From an uncultured virus (IMG/VR IMGVR_UViG_3300027159_000392) (Duplodnaviria > Heunggongvirae > Uroviricota > Caudoviricetes), in IMG/VR virus record IMGVR_UViG_3300027159_000392: a stretch of 20,000 bases of DNA. The stretch is one strand, 5' to 3'. Position 1 is the stretch's first letter, and every line of letters starts with the position of its first letter. The notes beneath the pieces are model-generated. The model saw nothing but the letters and a program-made list of their open reading frames with translations, was not told the DNA's origin and ran no database searches. Position numbers and translations under genes: made by a program. This document shows positions 16,424 to 20,000 of the stretch, in pieces.

Positions 16424-18079
16424 ATGAGCAAAGAATTAGAATTTAACCACAAAGCTAGAGTAGGACTTTCAGAAGGTATCGAAAAATTAGCAAAGACCGT
16501 TGTGTGTACATTAGGACCAGCAGGTAGAAATGTTATTATAGAACAACAACAGGGTAACCCTATATCAACCAAAGACGGTGTAACAGTAGCTAAGTCTATT
16601 GAACTTAAAGACCCGTTACAAAATGTAGGTGCACAGTTAGTTAAACAAGCATCAATTAAAACAGCAGAAGAAGCTGGTGATGGAACTACTACGTCTACGT
16701 TACTAGCAAGAGAAATATTCCAAAAAGGTTTAGGTACCATTGGTGATCATACTGCAGTGCAGGTAAAGAAAGGAATTGAACAAGCTACTAAAGTAGCTGT
16801 AGAGTATTTAGAATCAGTAAGTAAAGATATAACGGACGAAGGACAGCTAAAGCAAGTCGCTACTATCTCTGCCAATAACGATACAGAAGTTGGTGAATTA
16901 ATTTCTACTGCTATGGAAAAAGTAGGACAGGATGGTGTAGTTGCAATCGAAGAGTCAAAGACTGGGGAAACATATTTAGAAACAGTTGAAGGAATGCAAT
17001 TCAACAGAGGTTATAAGTCTCCATACTTCGTTACAGACAACAATACCATGACTGCTGTCCTTCGTGATCCGTTTATACTTATTACCGATAAAAGACTAAA
17101 TCAAGTCAAGGAGTTACTTCCTGTCTTAGAAGCAGTCTCTCAACAAAATAAGTCGCTATTAGTAATAGCTGACGATATCGATGGAGAGGCGTTATCTACT
17201 ATGGTAGTTAATAAGATGAGAGGTATCCTTCCCGTAGCAGCTGTAAAAGCACCAGACTTTGGAGATAGGAAAAAAGCAACTCTAGAAGATATCGCTATCT
17301 TAACCGGAGGTACAGTAATTTCATCAGAGAAAGGTATGAGATTAGATAAATTTAAACCTGAATGGCTAGGTAAAGCAGTTAAGGCTACTGTATCTAAAGA
17401 TACTTGTACTATTATTGATGCGAAAGGAGCTGAAGATAGAATCGAAGAGAGAGTTCAAGAGATTAGAACTCAAATCGATGAATCGAATTCACCTTTTGAG
17501 AAAGAAAACCTTCAAGATAGATTAGGTAAACTTATAGGAGGAGTTGCTATAGTTCATGTAGGTGGACATACAGAAATAGAAATGAAAGAGAAGAAAGATC
17601 GAGTAGATGATGCTCTTCACGCCACTAAGGCAGCTCTAGAGGAAGGAATTCTACCTGGAGGAGGAGTAGCACTACTTAATGCAGCAACTCTACTTAGAGA
17701 ATATAAAGATAAAGGTAAGTTTAAAAAGCTATCTTCAAGTGAACAAGTAGGTATTCAAATATTACTTGAATCAATTGAAAGACCTTTCTATCAGATACTC
17801 TACAATGCTGGTTATTCAGAAAAAGAAATAGAGGATATCAAAACGAAAATTGACCTTAAAAAGAAAGATCAATGGTACGGTTATAATTCAAGAGCAGAGG
17901 ACTTTGCTAATATGTTTAAAGAAGGTATTATCGATCCAACTAAAGTTACTAGACTAGCATTAGAGAATGCAGTATCTGTAGCCGGAACGATGTTAATTAC
18001 TGAAGCAGTAGTATCGATAGATAAGACTGTAGATTCTAAAACACCAGTAGATCCAGCTCAACAAATGTTATTAGGATAA
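16424..18079 (+). CDS. groEL: Chaperonin GroEL
   Basis: [69 protein letters not shown]; lacks the GGM tail. Confidence 0.97.
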   Translation: MSKELEFNHKARVGLSEGIEKLAKTVVCTLGPAGRNVIIEQQQGNPISTKDGVTVAKSIELKDPLQNVGAQLVKQASIKTAEEAGDGTTTSTLLAREIFQKGLGTIGDHTAVQVKKGIEQATKVAVEYLESVSKDITDEGQLKQVATISANNDTEVGELISTAMEKVGQDGVVAIEESKTGETYLETVEGMQFNRGYKSPYFVTDNNTMTAVLRDPFILITDKRLNQVKELLPVLEAVSQQNKSLLVIADDIDGEALSTMVVNKMRGILPVAAVKAPDFGDRKKATLEDIAILTGGTVISSEKGMRLDKFKPEWLGKAVKATVSKDTCTIIDAKGAEDRIEERVQEIRTQIDESNSPFEKENLQDRLGKLIGGVAIVHVGGHTEIEMKEKKDRVDDALHATKAALEEGILPGGGVALLNAATLLREYKDKGKFKKLSSSEQVGIQILLESIERPFYQILYNAGYSEKEIEDIKTKIDLKKKDQWYGYNSRAEDFANMFKEGIIDPTKVTRLALENAVSVAGTMLITEAVVSIDKTVDSKTPVDPAQQMLLG

Positions 18080-18828
18080 TGAAATATACTTTTATTACAA
18101 ATTGGTTACGTGATTACAGTAAGGAGGCAAATGATAAAACCTTTGTTATTGGAGTAAGCGGCGGAATAGACTCCGCCGTTACTTCTACCTTATGTGCAGA
18201 AACTGGGGCACTGACTTATGTAGTCTCTCTTCCAATTGAACAAAACAAAGAAGAGCTTAGTAGAGCAGAATCTCACATTGAATGGCTTTGTAATAAGTAT
18301 GAGAATGTAATTCCTTTACAGTTTAATTTAGACGAGGTTTTTTGGGCTTTCAAGAACGTATTTGAGAAAGAGGATAAGTTAGCATTAGCTAATTCTAGAT
18401 CAAGACTAAGAATGACTACTTTATATCACGCTGCTGCAATGGTCAACGGATTAGTAGTAGGAACTGGTAATAAAGTAGAAGACTTCGGAATTGGGTTCTA
18501 TACTAAATATGGAGACGGAGGAGTTGATATTAGTCCAATAGCAGATTTAATGAAATCTGAAGTAAAAGAAGCTGCTTGTGAATTAGGAATTCTCTTAGAG
18601 ATTATTGACGCTGCCCCAACAGATGGATTATGGGGAGACGATCGAACAGACGAAGATCAAATAGGATGTACATACGATGAACTCGAATGGGCTATGACTT
18701 TTGGAGGTGATAAGAGAAAACTTACTAAAAGGCAAAAAGAAGTACTAAAAATCTTTTATAGCTTCCAGTATAGAAATAATCATAAGATGGTACCTATACC
18801 AATTTGTCCAAATACTAAAGATGCTTAA
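18079..18828 (+). CDS. nadE: NH3-dependent NAD+ synthetase
   Basis: GVSGGIDSAV, N..SRLRM..LY, GTGNKVE, GFYTKYGDGGVDISPIADL.KSEV, PTDGLW...TDEDQIG..Y.EL. Confidence 0.93.
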   Translation: MKYTFITNWLRDYSKEANDKTFVIGVSGGIDSAVTSTLCAETGALTYVVSLPIEQNKEELSRAESHIEWLCNKYENVIPLQFNLDEVFWAFKNVFEKEDKLALANSRSRLRMTTLYHAAAMVNGLVVGTGNKVEDFGIGFYTKYGDGGVDISPIADLMKSEVKEAACELGILLEIIDAAPTDGLWGDDRTDEDQIGCTYDELEWAMTFGGDKRKLTKRQKEVLKIFYSFQYRNNHKMVPIPICPNTKDA

Positions 18829-19306
18829 ACATAAAGAACTTATAACGTTAATGTTTGTAGTGTTGGCTGTCTTTGTAAGATTAGCACCTCATCCTCCTAA
18901 CTTTACTCCTATAGTTGCCTTAGCATTATTTGGAGCAACTACTTTTAGTAATAGAGTGTTAGGAACTCTTCTTCCATTAATAGCTATGGCGATATCAGAT
19001 ATCTACTTAGGGTTTTACTCAATATCGATTTGGGTTTACGGTTCCTTCTTAGCTATCAGTTTACTTGGTCACTATTGGAAGACCGTTAAGACTAAAAATA
19101 TACTGATGAGCAGTTTAATATTCTTCATTGTTACTAACTTTGGAGTATGGTTGACTGGTTATCCAAAAACTATAGAAGGATTTGTACTTTGTTATACTTT
19201 AGCAATTCCTTTCTTTATTAATGCAATAGCAGGAGATTTATTTTTCAGCTATATCTTAAAGTATAGTTATTCATTCACTAAATATAAATTAATTAAACAA
19301 TTATGA
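18821..19306 (+). CDS. Integral membrane protein (DUF6580/ECF S-component-like, putative vitamin transporter)
   Basis: R..PHPPNFTPI.A.ALF, SD..LGFY, FF.VTNFGVW, CY..AIPF..N...GD; several hydrophobic segments. Confidence 0.65.
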   Translation: MLKHKELITLMFVVLAVFVRLAPHPPNFTPIVALALFGATTFSNRVLGTLLPLIAMAISDIYLGFYSISIWVYGSFLAISLLGHYWKTVKTKNILMSSLIFFIVTNFGVWLTGYPKTIEGFVLCYTLAIPFFINAIAGDLFFSYILKYSYSFTKYKLIKQL

Positions 19307-19473
19307 ACAAAGAAGAATTATTCGAACAAATTGCAGAGCAATTTAATGTACTAGCTGAAAATAATAGCGGAAGTACAAAGACTTCACAAGCAAGAGCTCG
19401 TAAAGCAGCAGGTGAGATTAAAAAATTAATTACACCTTACAAGAAAGCGAATATGGAGGCAACGAAGGGGTAG
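19303..19473 (+). CDS. Small basic protein, histone H1-like Hc1-type (56 aa); not in the ORF track
   Basis: MNKEELFEQIAEQFNVLAENNSGSTKTSQARARKAAGEIKKLITPYKKANMEATKG; K.S..RARK...E..K pattern; ATGA overlap with the upstream stop. Confidence 0.65.
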   Translation: MNKEELFEQIAEQFNVLAENNSGSTKTSQARARKAAGEIKKLITPYKKANMEATKG

Positions 19474-19517
19474 GGGGCGTTTCTCTCTCCGACGAAGTCG
19501 CCACGCGCGAATTTGAC

Positions 19518-19548
19518 AAGCCCTTCCGGAAACGGAGGGGTTTTTTTT
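19518..19548 (+). terminator. Rho-independent terminator
   Basis: AAGCCCTTCCG-GAAA-CGGAGGGG followed by T8. Confidence 0.92.
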
Positions 19549-19568
19549 GGGAAATATATGGTGATATA

Positions 19569-19600
19569 GTTGCATATGAACTTTATTATTCATATATTGT
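19569..19600 (+). promoter_or_regulatory. Bacteroidota-type promoter driving the ncRNA candidate
   Basis: GTTG 19569-19572 and TTCATATATTG 19589-19599; same spacing as the other copies. Confidence 0.65.
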
Positions 19601-19604
19601 AGTA

Positions 19605-19750
19605 AGTTAGTTAAGGTAAGAAAGTCGGTATGGAGTAGTCCGGCGTCAAGTACCCCGTGAGCGTAAAAGAAATTTCCGGTAATCTTAATTGCATCCGGTT
19701 GCAGTACACTTCTTAACATCAATAGCCCGGCAGACGTGCCGGGTTTTTTA
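19605..19750 (+). ncRNA. Putative stand-alone small RNA (~140 nt), family unknown
   Basis: Lies between the promoter motif and a strong terminator, has no credible plus-strand ORF, is GC-richer than the flanks, and has terminal complementarity GTTAAG (19610-15)/CTTAAC (19712-17). Confidence 0.55.
19724..19750 (+). terminator. Rho-independent terminator
   Basis: AGCCCGGCA-GACG-TGCCGGG followed by T6. Confidence 0.9.
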
Positions 19751-19760
19751 TTGTTTATTC

Positions 19761-19791
19761 TTTGGATATTTATAATAAAAATCGTATATTG
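19761..19791 (+). promoter_or_regulatory. Bacteroidota-type promoter
   Basis: TTTG 19761-19764 and ATCGTATATTG 19781-19791. Confidence 0.6.
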
Positions 19792-19795
19792 TAGT

Positions 19796-19960
19796 ATGGA
19801 ATTTATTTACTTTAGTGATGAGTGGAACGAAAAGAGAGAAAAAAGAGGTAAAGTTGGAGGAAGTGGTGTTGACCTACCAAGAGTGGGTCCATGCTCTGCG
19901 CATGCCATCGCCAGTGAAGAACAAGAAGAAATATACCAGAAAAACAAAACACAGAAATGA
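19796..19960 (+). CDS. Hypothetical protein (54 aa, likely start ATG 19796, probably leaderless)
   Basis: The ATG sits right after the promoter motif; the track's GTG 19736 start lies inside the terminator hairpin. Confidence 0.45.
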   Translation: MEFIYFSDEWNEKREKRGKVGGSGVDLPRVGPCSAHAIASEEQEEIYQKNKTQK

Positions 19961-20000
19961 GAGAACACCTTAAAAAGTACATAGGGTATTACTTCATCGC
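19957..20000 (+). CDS. 5' fragment of the next ORF (MREHLKKYIGYYFI...)
   Basis: ATGA overlap with the previous stop; open to the window end. Confidence 0.45.
   Translation, partial: MREHLKKYIGYYFI

Noticed and set aside
731..17004. Minus-strand ORFs (731-949, 5438-5638, 6099-6284, 12968-13276, 13622-13945, 16408-16740, 16747-17004)
   Set aside because: Antisense to conserved plus-strand genes, with no motifs or promoters; typical antisense shadows.
18079..18828. Calling the SGGIDS protein QueC
   Set aside because: It has NadE signatures (TKYGDGG, PTDGLW, DEDQIG) and lacks the QueC zinc-binding Cys cluster.
19574..19595. ATATGAA-N8-TTCATAT inverted repeat over the ncRNA promoter as an operator
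   Set aside because: AT-rich 7-bp arms seen only once; cannot be distinguished from chance.
19426..19722. 98-aa minus-strand ORF over the terminal intergenic region
   Set aside because: Crosses a plus-strand terminator, a promoter and the Hc1-like gene; the region is better explained as promoter-ncRNA-terminator.
1..20000. Bacterial chromosome or rRNA-operon origin (tRNA-Ala, groEL, nadE, folE)
   Set aside because: No rRNA follows the tRNA; the unidirectional mosaic gene order, PolA without a 5' nuclease, DpdA-like gene and fibre-like gene fit a phage better, although no capsid or terminase gene lies in this window.

Overview
AT-rich, almost entirely plus-strand, densely packed segment that reads as a large tailed phage genome. 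The host is probably Bacteroidota/Flavobacteriia: a flavobacterial-type tRNA-Ala fragment and seven copies of a Bacteroidota-like TTG-N15/16-TTC(T/G/A)TAT(A/C)TT promoter point that way. The core (3875-11284) is a 7-deazaguanine DNA-modification cluster: queD, queE, a ferredoxin, a purine PRTase, folE, a cupin, a MazG-like NTP pyrophosphatase, a TGT-fold DpdA-like protein, a PurN-like formyltransferase (DpdN-like), a P-loop kinase, a thermonuclease and queF. This set predicts formyl-preQ1 (fdPreQ1) replacing G. It is followed by a J-domain protein, a GIY-YIG protein, a divergent family A DNA polymerase, hsp20-groES-groEL, nadE, a membrane protein and an Hc1-like protein. The most notable unannotated signal is two compact preQ1-I-riboswitch-like elements with compensatory stem changes, each between a promoter and the first gene of the queD/queE or folE transcription unit. 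Also notable are a stand-alone ~140-nt ncRNA candidate with its own promoter and terminator (19605-19750) and a long-range ~18-bp duplex flanking hsp20. All calls come from motif recognition by eye; no searches were run.
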